Shown here: positions 36,172 to 50,898 of the stretch, piece after piece
Layout of the letters: each line of letters starts with the position of its first letter
Position numbering within the stretch: position 1 is the first letter of the stretch
Origin: a virus
Direction: 5' to 3' (one strand)
IMG/VR virus record: IMGVR_UViG_3300009550_000009
DNA length: 64,000 bases
The notes under the pieces: generated by a model
Seen by the model: only the letters and a program-made list of their open reading frames with translations
Told to the model about the DNA's origin: nothing
Databases searched by the model: none
Made by a program: the position numbers and the translations under genes

Positions 36172-39100
36172 ATGTCAGAAAAAAGAGTTAAGTTAAATCA
36201 GATTGTAAAAAATCAACTTCCTTCCTATGTGAGGGAGGATTTTCCATTAGTTGGTGATTTTTTATCCCAATACTATCTTGGACAAGAGTATCAAGGTGGG
36301 CCAATTGATCTTATTCAAAATATTGACTCTTATATTAAATTAAATGAATCTGCAAACAATGTAAAGACAACAACTACATCTAAAACTGTTGGAATATCTT
36401 CTGATATTATTTTTGTTGCAAATACAAATGGATTTCCTGATCAAAATGGGTTGTTAAAGATAAATGATGAGATAATCACATATGAAAGTAAGACAGATAT
36501 AAGTTTTGTTAATTGTTCTAGAGGTTTTAGTGGTATTACTTCATTCACTAATCCATCTGACCCTGAAGATTTAGTTTTTTCTTCATCATTAACCACAAAT
36601 CATGAAAAAGACACTGTAGTTGAAAACTTAAGTGTTTTATTTTTAGATGAATTTTTAAAAAAGACAAAAAATCAATTTTTATACGGTTTTCAAAAAGATT
36701 TATCAACAAATTTAAACCAAGCTCAATTTTTAAGGCAATCAAAAGACTTTTATTCAACAAGAGGAACTGATGATTCGTTTAAAATACTGTTTGGTGCTCT
36801 GTATGGCGAACATGCAAGCATTATAAGACCTATTGACAATGTTATATCACCATCAAACGCTAATTACCGAGTAACCAAGGATATTATAGTTGAACCAGTT
36901 GAAGGTGATCCAGAAAATTTGTTAAACAAGACTCTTTTTCAAGATTTGTTTGAAAATGTATCAAAAGCATATGCACCAATATCAAATATTGAAAAAATCT
37001 CGGTTGGAATACTTACAAACACATATTATAAGATTAGTTTAGATGGATCGTTCAATCAAGGTGATGGATCAACTGAATTATTGTATGGAAATTTTTCTGA
37101 ACATGCAAAAACAAAGATTATTGGACAAGTTGGTATAGCACAGACATTTTTAGATGTTGATTCTACATTAGGGTTTCCAAATTCAGGAACTTTAACTTTT
37201 GCATATGAGAACGGAAGTATCGGTGTCTGCACTTATGCACAAAAAACAATAAATCAATTTTTAGGAATCAATACAACTGGAATTACTGCAACAATTTCTG
37301 ATAATACGTTTATTGATCAGAATACTTTTGCATATGCTGAAGATAATGGTGTTCAAGATGGAATTAAATTAAAAATACGTTCAGTTTTAAACAATTTAGA
37401 TTTACCAATCGAAACTTATTATCAATTATCTGGTTCAAAGGTAAAAATAAAATCTTTAGGTAAGATAGCAGATGGTTTTAAGGAAAATGGGTGGTTATTC
37501 AACACAGCTCAAAGTTATGTTGTAAAAAACTTAAGTATAGTTGATTCTGTTAATAATACATTTAAACTTGTTACTCAAGATGTCAATATTTTAAGAATTG
37601 GTGATAAAATTACAACTCATGAAACACAGTCATCAGGTGCTCAATGGGGTGATAAAATAACAGATGGATTTGATCCCGTTTCAAATAAAATTTATACTGT
37701 TACTGATGTTTTCGATGAAAATACTTGTTTGATAACTGGAACAGGTATTTCTGATCCAACAAAAGTTACAAAAGTAACTCGTCGAATATCAAAAATTGAT
37801 TCTGACCTACATCCAGATTTAAACCAGTTTACTGCTAATATTCAAAACGTATATCTTAAACCAGATATTGGATTAGTTAGAGGTGTGCCATATTATGGCC
37901 CATCACATCAGCACAAAGGTAAAAGCATGGTGGGAGCACAACATGTTCCTTTTCCTCATGATTTTATTATACCAGATCCTAATTCAAACAAAGTTTTAGT
38001 TGCATCTTCATCATTACCCTTTACTGGTGTTACAAAATTAAATCCTAAACTTCAAAAATTTACTTTTAGTGGAACTTACGATTTAAATGACGAAGAAATA
38101 AAAATTACTGATCAAGTTGATCATAACTACTTCACTGGTGATAAAGTTTACTACACACCTGAAAAGACAAAAATAACAAATACACTACCTGATGGAACAG
38201 AGGTAGTTCAAGAGTTTATTGCAAGTCAACTATTTGATGAAGGATTATATTTCATAAAGAGAGTTAATGGTAATACTGTAAAGTTTGCAAAGAGTCAATC
38301 AGATATTAATGGTGATAATTTTGTAAAGGTTAAAACTCCAAATGGTGTTGATAACGTTACTATCACTTCTAATGATATTGAAAAGTTTGAATATCAAGGA
38401 AAGAAAATAGAAACTCAAAAACTTTTCAGAGAATTTAAAACACCAATAAATGATGGGGTATCATATCCTACAACATCAGGTTATACAGGTCTTTTAGTCA
38501 ATGGTGTAGAGGTATTAAATTACAAATCAAAAAATTCTGTTTTTTATGGACAGTTAAAAAGTATTGATGTTGTTAAAGGTGGAGAAAATTATGATGTTAT
38601 CAATCCACCAGTTTTATCCATTACAGATTCCGTAGGAACAGCAGCGACTGGAAAATGTTCCGTTAAAGGAAGTTTTAAAGAAATTAAAATATTAGAATCT
38701 GGATTTGATTATATCGAAAATCCGGTTATAAAAATAACAGGAGGAAATGGTATCGGGGCAAATGCTGTTCCAAAGTTAAGTATCGTTCCGCATGAATCAG
38801 TATTTAATGCAGATGGTGTAGGATTAGGAACTGTAAACATTGGAGTTGTTACAGCTACCACTGCAGGTGTAAATACATCTTCAATAGGATTTAGCACCTA
38901 TCACAGGTTTAGACAGGGTGAGAGGGTCGTATATGATACTCTGGGGGGTATTCCATTAGTTGGGTTGACTACAGATTCAACTTACTATGTTAATAGTGTT
39001 TCGGAATATACAATCAAACTTCATAAAACATATTCTGATTCTGTAACTGGTATTAATACTATTTCGATTTCTAATTTTGGAAATGGAGTTCAGTCATTTA

Positions 39101-42100
39101 AATCATTAAATGGAAAGGCAATTGTTAGTTCAATTGCATTATTAGATAATGGTGTAGGTTATGAAAATAAAGAAAGAACTTGTAATTCAATTGGAATTAA
39201 CACAGCATTAGATTCAATTAACATTCCTGATCACGGATTCCAAACAGGTGAGACTCTTCGTTATTCGGTTGATGGAACAACAATAGATGGATTGGTTACA
39301 ACAATAGATTACTTAGTTTCAATTGTTGATGAAGATAATTTTAAACTAGCAGCTGCGGGTGTTGGAACAACCTCTAAAGATTTTTACTTAAAAACAAATC
39401 AATTCCAAGAATTAAGAAGTGTAGGGTTAGGAACTCATAAATTTAACTACCCACCAATAAGTGTAGAAATAATTGGTAAAGTAGGTTTATCATCAGTAGC
39501 AGGAAAAACATATGATGCTGTGTTACAACCACATGTTAGAGGAGAAATAACATCAGTTAACTTAACAAATAACGGTGTAGGATATGGTGCTTCAGAAATT
39601 ATAAACTTTGACAGGAAACCTGACATCAATTTAAATTCTGGACGTAATGCTGTCTTAACTCCTGTTGTCGCTAATGGTAGAATAGTTGATGTTAGTGTAA
39701 GTTTTGGAGGAACTGATTATAACTCTCCACCAGATCTAGTTGTATTAGGAATTGGATCTGATGCTAAATTAACTCCTGAGTTAAATTCAGCGGGTAATAT
39801 TGTTTCAGTTAATATTCAAAGTGGTGGTGTAGGATATGGAGTATCATCAACATTCATAAGAATAGATCCTGCAGGAAAAGGATTTAAAGGTGATCCTGTT
39901 TTACAGTCGTGGACAATTAACGAAATAAAGAAAAATGAATTAAACTTGAACGATGATGATGTTTTCATAAGTTCTCCTGTTAATTCGGAGTATGGATTGC
40001 AGTGTTCTTATGCATATGCTCCACGTAATCTTAGACAAATATCTTATGCAAGTGATGCTGATGGAAATATTCTTTATGGTAAGAAAGATTTAAAGATTGT
40101 TAATGGAGTTGAGTCTGACAGTGATTCACATTCTCCAATACTTGGTTATGCCTATGATGGTAATCCAATATATGGGCCTTTTGGTTTTGTTAATAAAACC
40201 GGTGGTAATATTGTTCAATTAGAGTCTGGGTATAGTGAAGAAGCAAATAAAAAATCAAATAGACCGCCAACAAGTATTTTCCCACCAGAATTTTTTATTG
40301 AAGATTTTACATATAATCCATCAGATAACGATGCTGTATTAGATGAAAACAATGGTAGATTTTGTATCACACCAGAATTTCCAAAAGGAACATATGCATA
40401 CTTTGCTACTTTTGATACGACTCCTGCATCAGATGGTATATTCAAAAATTTCAAAAAACCAAAGTTCCCTTATTTGATTGGTGATAGTTTTAAATCACAA
40501 CCAAATAATTTCAACTTTAATAGATTATCTAATCAAGATAACTATGATCTTGAAAAATCAAATTGTGTAAGAAACACATATCCATATTCATTTAATAAAG
40601 ATTTTAGTGGTTATGATTATATCTTACAATCAAATCAGTTTGTAACACAAGACTCTACAATTAATTTTGCAGAAAAAGGCGGTGTCGATAGAGTTGGTAT
40701 TTTATCAGCAGGTAGAAACTATCAAGTCAATGATAAACTTGTTTTTGATGACAGCATTACATCATCATTCAATGCATCAGGTAAAGTAAGTAGAATAAAA
40801 GGCCCTGATATTTCTGAGATAAGTGTTGTTACAACAACTAAGGAAAATATAGAATTTTTCCCAGATTCAAAAAATACATTTGTTTGAATTGCTACAACAA
40901 GTATTAACTTACAAAATAATACAATCGTAAATGTTGGTTCTCTATCAACAACAACAACTTCTTTACAAGGGTCTTATGCAATAGGAATTACTTCAGATAG
41001 ACTTATACTATCTCAAGGTATTGGAACAGCAGCAGCAACTGGTGTTGTTACCTTTTTCCCTGTTGTAGGTGATTTGAGAAGAATAAAGGAAAATGATAGA
41101 TTCAAAGTTGGTATTGGAACAGAAGTAATAAAAGTATTGAATGTAGATCGTAGATTGGCAAGAATAAGAGTTTTAAGATCACAAAGTGGAATTGCAACTA
41201 ATATTGGAATATCTCATACAGCATCAACAATTCTTGAAGAAATACCAAGAACATTTAAAATAACAACAGGATTTACAACATCAGTTGATTTAAAAGAGAA
41301 TAGAGAATACTATTTTGATCCTGAAGAAGCAGTAGGTTTTGGAACTACATCTGGTGTAGGTGTGGGAACATTTAGATCATTTAGCAATCCCGGAGCTGGA
41401 ATTACTGGCATATTCATACCAAGTCAGTCATTATACATTCCGGGTCATGGATTAAAAACTGGTGATGTTGTTACATATCAAACAACAGGAACAGCTCTTA
41501 AAGTCAAATTTAAAAGCACAGTCCCAACTGTTAACTCAACTTTATTTGTTGACTCACCACTCTTTGTAGCAAATCAAGCAACTAATTTTATAGGTCTATC
41601 AACTGTTAGAATTGGATTAGGATCTACTGGGTTTGTTGGAATTGGATCAACTTTAGCAGGAGCAGAATTAGTATATTTCCTAGATGCTGGTGCGGGTGAT
41701 ATTCATAGTCTTAAGACAAAATTTGATAATGTCATCACTGGACAAATTCAGAAGAATCAAGTATCTGTAGTTGGAACAGCAACACATGGTTTAAAAAATA
41801 ATGATACTGTATTCATCGATGTAAATCCCGGTTTAACAACCACTGTTACAGTTAAATACAATGTTTCAAATAGAAAAGTAGTATTCAATCCTTTATCTTA
41901 CAATGACTCTGGTATTACATCAGCAACATCTTTAACTGGTATTCCGAATACAATTAATATAAGTGATCATGGTCTTACAACTGGTCAAAAAGTTATTCAT
42001 ACATTTAGTGGTTCAGAAAGTTCTTTAGTTAATGATAAAGAATATTACGTATATGTTGTAGATAGCGATAAAATATCACTTGTCGAAAATAAATATGAGG

Positions 42101-45100
42101 TCAAAAAATTAAAACCAGATTTTGTAAAAGTTGCTATAACAACAGCTGGAACTCTATCACCTGTCAATCCTCCAGTTAAATTCTATAGAGACTCGACTGT
42201 TAATTTTGATTTATCTGATTCTTCTTTATCATATGTTCAAAGTTCAACAAGTTATCCTGCATTTAAATTTGAGTTATACAAGGATGTAAATTTAAGTCAA
42301 AATTATGAAACAAGTGGAAAGACTGATACTTTTGAAGTAACAAGAACAGGAACAACTGGTGTTACATCAAATGCAAAACTAACTTTAAAAGTAGACAAAA
42401 ATACACCAAAATTATTATACTACAAATTAGTTGCAGTTAATAGTAATGACAATACAAATGAAAATAAAGAAATAGTTGTAGATAATGAAATTGATTTAAA
42501 TAATCAACTCATTATTAAAAACAGTGAATATAACGGCCAATTTAACATTGTATCAACAGGGAATACAACATTCATATATGATATAAGTTCAATTCCCGAA
42601 TCTACATCATATACATCATCATCATCTAAATTAAAATATTCTACAATATCAACAACAGCGTATGGTGGGATTGATCAACTATTCCTTACTGATCGTGGTG
42701 GTGGATATCTTTCTATTCCCGGAATCACAACTATTACATCGGATGTTGGAGATGGTGCAATAATTGAAACATTTAGTTCAACAATAGGTAAAGTATCAAA
42801 AACTACTTTAGAAAATATAGGTTTTGACTATCCATCAGATCCTACTTTAAGACCAGACGTATTATTTCCACAAGTATTAAGAATAACTCCTCTAACAGGA
42901 TTTAGATCAATTGGAATTACATCACTCGGTGTTGGATATATTCAAGATCCAAATCTCGTGGTTATTGATGGTCTAACTAAAAAACAAATTACTGATGTTG
43001 ATTTAAGATTCAATCCTGATGAATTATTTGTAGAGATTTTGGAAAATAGTGAGTCGATGAATGCATCAACTCCAACAATTATTCCTACAGGTAATTCTAA
43101 TGGAATAAGAGTTTCAAATTTAACATATACTGCCACAGATAATTCTGTTACTGCAACTATTAAAAATTCATTTAGTGGTGTAGTTGGTTTTTCTGGAACA
43201 TTTATAGATCCCTTCCCATTTACTGTTGGTGATAAGGTTTTAGTTGAAAATGCTAGTGTAGGTGTCGGATCAACAGCATCTGGATTTAACTCTGCAAATT
43301 ATGATTTTGCTCGATTTGAAATTATCGAGGTAACACCAAACTATGGTGGAATAGGAACGGTCAAATATAGTATGAATGACTATTTGACAAAGAACGTAGA
43401 TTTCCCCGGTGTATTTGACTCTGTAAATTCAGTTACAACATTAATACCCGACAAGTGGTTCCCACAATTTGATATTAAATTACAACCTAATGAGTTTAGG
43501 AAAGGTGATGATGTAGAAAGTGTCGATTCAACTGGAACTAAAATTACAGGAACTGTTTTTGATTGGAATAATTCATCTAAGTATCTAACAGTTGAAAGTT
43601 CTAGAGAATTTGAAAATAGTCAACTTATAGAACAAGTAAGATTTCGTGGTGAGAGAGTTGGAAACAAAACATATTCATCACCAACAGGAGCAAAGGGTTT
43701 AATAAGAGAGATTGTAAAATTTGGTAGTCATTATGATCTTGATTACTTTTCTGAAGTTGAAAATGGATGGGAGTATAAAACTGGTTTCTTAAATGATGAA
43801 TTACAAAGAGTTCATGACAACGATTATTATCAGGCTTTCTCATATTCTATAAAATCAAAAGTTCAAATTAAAGAATGGGAAAATACTGTTAGTTCTTTAA
43901 ATCATACAGCAGGATTTAAAAAGTTTAGTGATCTACAAATCGAGTCTGACCAATTATCATCATCATCGAATAAATTATCTAATATCGATCCTTCAAAAAG
44001 TGTTGTTACAACTTTAGTTGATCTAATTGGTGTAGAAAGTATACACCGTGAATACAATTTTGATCTAGCAACTGAAAATTATTTGATTGGTTTAACAAAA
44101 CCACTATCAGATGAAATAAACTTTAGTTCAAGATTAATCACTGACTTTGCAGAATCTGTTTCAAATAGAGTTGTTCAAATTGATGACTTTAGTAATATCT
44201 TTAATAACAACCCCAGAACAACTCGATATGCAGATGTGTATCGTAATAAACTATCTGATGGTAGAACTCAGATGTTCTTTGCGCTTGTTTCAGATAGATT
44301 GTTTACTGGTGAAAGACAAATAACAATCGTAAATACTCTCCATGATACAGGAAGAGGTCAAACCATGCTTAATCAGTATGGTGATATTGATACTGTTCTT
44401 GATTTAGGATCTTTCGATTATGTTATTGATGGTAATGAATCTGTTTTAAGATACTTCCCAAATAAATTCAAACTTAATAATTATAATGTTGTATTATGGT
44501 CTTATCAAATTGATGCTCAAAAATTAGGTATATCAACTGATACAGTATCATGTGGTAGCACGACCCTTCCAGCAGCACCTGCTAACCCTACAACAGGTCT
44601 TAATGGATCTTTAATAAGTATTGCCACAACTGCCGTTACAATCGCTGGAGGGGCAGCAGGGACGGTCTTCACGCTAGGTGGTATTGGAACAAATATATCC
44701 GGACACAGATCTGCAAAAGTATTAGTTAGTGTTGAAGCTGGTGGTGGAACTTTAAATGGTAGTGTTGAGTATGATCAAGTAAATCTAATACATGATGGGA
44801 CTAATGTTGGATTCCAAGAGTTTGGTCAGTTAACTATTCACTCAGTCGATGCTTACTCGTCAACAGGTAATATAGGAACATACTTCCCATTCATGGATGG
44901 AGATGATCTTGTTCTTTCTTATACTCCAAATGCGGGTATGACAACTGCACATATTAATGCATTGGCGATTGGTATTGCAACAGAAGGTTATATTGGAATC
45001 GGATCATATGATTTCTCATATGCAGAGATGTCTGCACAATCAACTGGTATTTCATCTAGTGCAACACCAATACCTGTAGGTATTGCAAGTTACAGTAATG

Positions 45101-48100
45101 AATATGATGCTGCTTATTGCATTGTTCAAATTGCTGATGTATTAAATGGTAGTTATGAGTTAGCAGAAGTTGTTATGATTGATGACTTTGATGGATCAGA
45201 TCCAGAAAACATCATGTTGACTGAATTTGGTAATGTAAAAGTTGGAACAGCATTTGCAGGATTAGGAACAATTAGTGCAAGAAGAACTGGATCCGATAGT
45301 GATATAACTGAATTAACGTTCGTTCCAAACGCTGGTATCGGAGTTTCAATTACTACATTCTTAAATGCATTAAGACCAGAGGAAAATAACACATTACTTC
45401 CAGCGGAGGCTACAAGAGAAGTTGGAGGAGAATCGGTTAAGGATTTACAAAATGCATCATTGGAAAGTGGTTTTGCAATTTATGAAGGAACAGATATTGC
45501 GATCAAGAGACAATTTGCTCTTGAGAATAATGGTAATCCAATATTCAAAAAACCATATGACGGTTCAAGTTCTCAAATAGTTGATTTAACAAACAATACA
45601 ATTACTCTTCCTAATCACTTCTTTACAAGTGGTCAAAAAGTCAATTACTCACCGGGTGCTGGAACATCAATTGGTATCGATACTGCACCATTCAGTATGC
45701 CTGAATCTGTATTCATTATTAAAAAAGGTGAAGACAAAGTTCAACTCGCTTTAACAGCGCAAAATGCATTAAAAGAAATAGCACTACCAGTTGGATTATC
45801 AACAGTTGGTATTGGAACATCACATACATTTACAGCAATTGATCCTAATCAAAAGGTGTTAGTTGCAATTGATAATGCGATTCAATCACCTGTTGCAGGA
45901 ACTTCTGTCACTACTACATTAGATAAGTCAACAACCATTGGAGATGATGTTATTCACTTCACTGGAATTACATCATTCTTTGGTGCAGACTATGTAAGGG
46001 TGGGAAGTGGAGTTACTGCAGAGATAATGAAAATTGTTTCTGTTGGGATAGGAACAACTAATGCAATAAAAGTAAGAAGAGGATGGTTAGGAACAACGAT
46101 AAGGGCTAGAGAAAGTGGTGCATTAGTTGAGAAAATAAGAGGTAACTATAATATTATTGAGAATGAAATAAACTTTACTGAAGCACCTCCGGGAAAAAAT
46201 CCAATTGGTTCAACTACAAATCCTCCTGACGAGAGAGACTTTGTTGGTATTACTACGTCATCTAGTTTCCAAGGTCGAGTCTTTACTCGTTCAGGTGTAA
46301 GAAATGGAACCGAAGAAACATACACAGATAATTATCTGTTTGATGATATAAGTCAAGGATTTAACGGACAAACAAAAGTATTTGATTTAACTCATAGTAA
46401 TGGAACATCAATCACTGGTGTCTCAACAAACAATGCTTTAGTATTAATAAATGGTATCTTACAAGCTCCCGGTTCAAATGGAGACTTTACTCTATCACAA
46501 CCTTCAGGAACACAATTAACTTGGACAGGTTCTGCTAGTTCAGTTGCAAGAGATCCTAACAATGCATCAATACCAGTTGGTGGTTTGATAGTTTCTGTTG
46601 GATCAACAAGAGGATTCGGATATCAACCATTAGTATCTGCTGGTGGAACAGTTGTTGTGTCATCTGCAGGAACCATATCATCAGTATCAATTGGTAATAC
46701 TGGATCTGGTTATAGGGCAGGTATTCAAACAGTAGTTAACGTTGCAATTCAAACAGAAAGATTTAGTGGTTCTGGTGTTGTATCGATTGGAACTGCAGCA
46801 ATTTCGGATGGTCATATCACTAGCGTGGCAATCACAACTGATAGAGTTTTCTATATTCCAAGAGATATAACAAACGTTGGTTACACATCTATCACAGGTC
46901 TCACAACTGTTACTACATCTTCAGCACATGGATTAATAGTTGGTAATGAAATAGTTCTTTCTGGAATCGCATTGACATGTGACTATGCACCTGCTGTAGG
47001 TGTTCAAAGCGCAATTTATCATAGTGCTTCAGGAATCATGACTGTAACTACAAGTAGTGCACATGGTTTATCAATTACTGGAAAGAGTAGTGATGTTTTA
47101 TTGAATGATCTTGGTATGTCATCATCATCGAATGGAAGCACTCCAACTCATACTTTCCCAAGATCAGGAGATGATTCATTCTGTGGTGTCTCTGTTGCAG
47201 GTGTTGCTAGTGTCACTCAATTTAGTATTAACATAGGATCTGGAGTTACTCTCAGTAATTACATTAGCGGTGGAACAGTTCAACCTGTTTTAATATCACC
47301 TAGAGCAAATAATAATTCTGCAAGTAAACAAGATCCGGCATTTGATGGATCAACGGTTCTAAGAATTCTTAACTCAACTCAATTTGAAGTAAACACAGGT
47401 ATATCAACAAGAGCTCATAATTATGCTAGATGTGGTAAAGTTAATCAACTCATGAAAGTTGTTATTGATAAACCACTTTCATACTCAGATATACCTCTCG
47501 TTTACAGTGGAAATTCACCCGGTGTTGGAGGAACAGAAGCAAGAGCAGATGTTGTTGTAAGTCAGGGATCAACAGTTGTTAATTTCAAAATATCAAATCT
47601 AGGATATGGATATGGTGTTAATCATATTTTAACTCTTCCAAGATCAAATGATACAAATTTCTCAGCAGTGGGTATTCCTACTACATCTAGTTTCACTCCT
47701 GCACAAGAGTTAGAAATAACAGTTAATGAGGTTGATAGTGATCAATTTACAGGATGGGCAGTTGGTCAAATACAAGTTCTTGACAATTTCTCAAACTTGT
47801 TTGATGGATCAAGGAGGACATTCCCAATTACAGTAAGTGGTGAGGCATTATCAATTCAATCAAGACCCGGATCACTTGTTAAAGTTGAAGATACATTATT
47901 TGTGTTTGTCAATGATATTTTACAAATACCCGGAGAATCATATTCATTCCCCGGCGGAGCAACAATCACATTTGATGAACCACCAAAAGCTGAAGATAGT
48001 TTAAAAATATTATTCTATAGAGGAACTGGTGGTGCTGATGTTGTTGATAGAGATGTGATTGCAACTGTAAAGGTTGGTGATACTTTAACACTAGGATATC

Positions 48101-49311
48101 ATGAAGATTTAGATCAAAAGGATTGGTTGCAAGAAAATGAAAGAAGTGTTGTTGAAATAACATCATCTAATTCTGTTGACACAAACCCATATGATGGGCC
48201 AGGTGTTTTTGAGGATACAAGAGAAAAGAGACCGATTACTTGGACAAGACAAACTGAAGATCTCTTTATAGAAGGTAAATTAGTTGATAAGAGTCGTGAA
48301 TTGTATGATGGAAGAATATTCCCATCAACTCATATGATTCAATCAGTTGGTGTGGGAACAACAGTTGTTTATGTAAGTAACTTAAGACCTTACTTTAATC
48401 CAAAGAATGAAAACTTAGTTTCTACAGATTTCCAAAAAGATATTGTCATCTTTAATAATGCCGAAAGAGTCGCAGCTGCTGCCACTGCAGTTGTCTCATC
48501 TGCTGGAACTATAACCTCTGTGGTTATATCTGATGGTGGTAAAGGATATGTGAGTGCTCCATCTGTAACGATTCAAAATCCGGTTGGATTGGGAACAACC
48601 TCTCGTGCAGAAGCAACCGCCACATTATCTGGTGGTTCTGTATCTGCCATTACTGTCGGAGTTCAATCTGGTATTGGTTACACAAGTGCCAATCCTCCAG
48701 TAGTTTTAATTGCAGCAGAACCAACTGTAATCGAATCTAATACAGTTGTATCATTCGCTGGTGATAGTGGAGTCATAAGTGGAGTTGGAACAACTACTAT
48801 TGATAGTGTTTCAAATCCATGCATCATACTTGATCTAGTAATACCTTATGATTCTGACTTAAGAAATTCTAATATAACGCAAGGAACTACATCAGGAATA
48901 GTTACTTCTGGATTGCAAGTTAATGATTTCTTCGTTATTAAAAATTCAAATGTAGGAACTGCGATGTCATCATTAGATTATAATGATGGAAGTGTCGTTG
49001 GTATTGGATCAACTCGACTTGACAATGTTTATCGTGTCGCTGCTGTAAATTATGACCATGTTACAGATGCAGTTGGATTTGGACAGACCACAGTGACCCA
49101 AGTAACTGTAAGTGTTGCCAATACTTCAGGATTAGTTGGTTTAGCAAATAGTGAGTATTATGGTGATTATAGTTATGGTAAATTAATTTTATCAGAACGT
49201 AATGTATCTCGTGCTTATACAGTAAATACATCCGCTGGTATCGCTGGTATCGAAACTGGTGTGATTATAAACAGAAAGACTTCCTTAAAAGTAGGAAGTT
49301 ATACCACATAA
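36172..49311 (+). CDS. gp7: giant baseplate wedge initiator gp7-like protein, interrupted by a single in-frame TGA at 40885-40887
   Basis: Track ORFs 36172-40887 and 41074-49311 share a frame and the gap is open (FV*IATTSINLQ...); KDFYSTRGT..SFKILF and YYQAFSYSIKS..LNHTAGF motifs; lies between gp6 and gp8. Confidence 0.8.
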
Positions 49312-49335
49312 ATAACTAAAAAAATAAATGGAATA

Positions 49336-50892
49336 ATGTCTGCCATCATAACTGACCAGATAAGAATATTAAATGCGAAGAATTTTGTAGCTGGAGTGTC
49401 TTCATCATCTAATTCTTATTACACTTTTGTTGGTTTGACTGAGCCGACAAAAATTCAAGCAACATGGAATAATAATCCACCAGCACCAATTGATAATTTT
49501 AATAATCAAAATGATTATTATGATACTATGATTGGTTTAAAAAAAGTAACAGCAAGCGATGTTAAACAAGTAGTAAAAAAAAGTAGTTGGACATCTGGAA
49601 CATCATACGATTATTACAGACCAGACTATAGTATTAGTAATCCTCCAAAACATGGACAAGGAACAGGATTATATAACGCAACATATTTTGTGATAAACAG
49701 TGATTTTAGAGTTTATATTTGTTTAGAAAATGGAACATCACCTGAAAATCCAGATGGCAAACCATCATTAGATGAACCAACATTTACTGATTTAGAACCT
49801 AAAGCTGCAGGATCTAGTGGTGACGGATATGTTTGGAAATATCTCTACACAATTAAACCATCTGAGTTAGTAAAATTTGATTCAACCGAGTATATGCCTG
49901 TGCCATCAAACTGGTCTACAGGAACTGATGACTCAGCAGTAAGAGATAATGCTGTTGATGGTGGTATAAAAGTTGTTGTGATACAAAATCGTGGCGTAGG
50001 ATTAGGAACCGCGAATAGAACTTATACAAGAGTTCCAATTAAAGGAGATGGTAGCGGTGCAGAGTGCACTGTAACTGTCAATGCAGATCAGCAAATAGGA
50101 TCTGTTGATATTACTAATCAAGGGTCTGGATATACTTTCGGAACCGTTGATATTGTTGCTGGTGGTCTACCAAGACCTGATTCATACCCTCAACTTGATG
50201 TGATAATTCCTCCACAAGGTGGTCATGGTAAGGACATCTATAAAGAATTGGGTGCATCTAATGCCTTAGTTTATTCTAGAATTGAAAATGATCCAGAAAA
50301 TCCAGATTTCATAACTGGAAACGAAATATCAAGAGTTGGTATTATTGAGAATCCTCAAGCGTTTGGTTCATCTTCATTATTAAGTTTAGATAAAGCGAGT
50401 GCAGCATACGCTCTTCGTTTAACTGGAACAGGTTATAGTTCTGCTACGTTCACTGCAGATTCTATAATTACACAAACTACTGGAACAGGTGTGACTGCCA
50501 TTGGAAAAGTTCTTGGATACGATCAAGTCACCGGTGTTTTAAAATATTGGCAAGATCGAACCATGGCAGGATTTACCACTGTTGGTGTAGGGACAACGGC
50601 ACCAATACATGGTTTTAATTTAGATAGATTTACTGCTGATATTTCATCAGGAGGAAGTTTAAATATCGTTCCTAATGATGGGTCAAATACTCTTGCGATT
50701 CAAACATCATTTAGTGGTTTATCCACCTCAATAAATAATAAGACATACTATCTTGGTCAAACTTTTGTTAATGGTGTATCTAACCCAGAAGTTAAAAAAT
50801 ACTCTGGAAATATTATTTACGTTGATCATCGACCAGCTATCACTCGTTCTTCTAATCAAAAAGAAGATATCAAAGTTATATTGCAGTTCTAA
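49336..50892 (+). CDS. gp8: baseplate wedge subunit gp8
   Basis: FRVYICLENG, DGYVWKYLYTI and C-terminal EDIKVILQF. Confidence 0.88.
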   Translation: MSAIITDQIRILNAKNFVAGVSSSSNSYYTFVGLTEPTKIQATWNNNPPAPIDNFNNQNDYYDTMIGLKKVTASDVKQVVKKSSWTSGTSYDYYRPDYSISNPPKHGQGTGLYNATYFVINSDFRVYICLENGTSPENPDGKPSLDEPTFTDLEPKAAGSSGDGYVWKYLYTIKPSELVKFDSTEYMPVPSNWSTGTDDSAVRDNAVDGGIKVVVIQNRGVGLGTANRTYTRVPIKGDGSGAECTVTVNADQQIGSVDITNQGSGYTFGTVDIVAGGLPRPDSYPQLDVIIPPQGGHGKDIYKELGASNALVYSRIENDPENPDFITGNEISRVGIIENPQAFGSSSLLSLDKASAAYALRLTGTGYSSATFTADSIITQTTGTGVTAIGKVLGYDQVTGVLKYWQDRTMAGFTTVGVGTTAPIHGFNLDRFTADISSGGSLNIVPNDGSNTLAIQTSFSGLSTSINNKTYYLGQTFVNGVSNPEVKKYSGNIIYVDHRPAITRSSNQKEDIKVILQF

Positions 50893-50898
50893 TAACTC

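Noticed and set aside
40885-40887. Genome-wide TGA reassignment or selenocysteine
   Set aside because: TGA terminates many genes in the window; the context predicts Gly; no SECIS-like hairpin is evident
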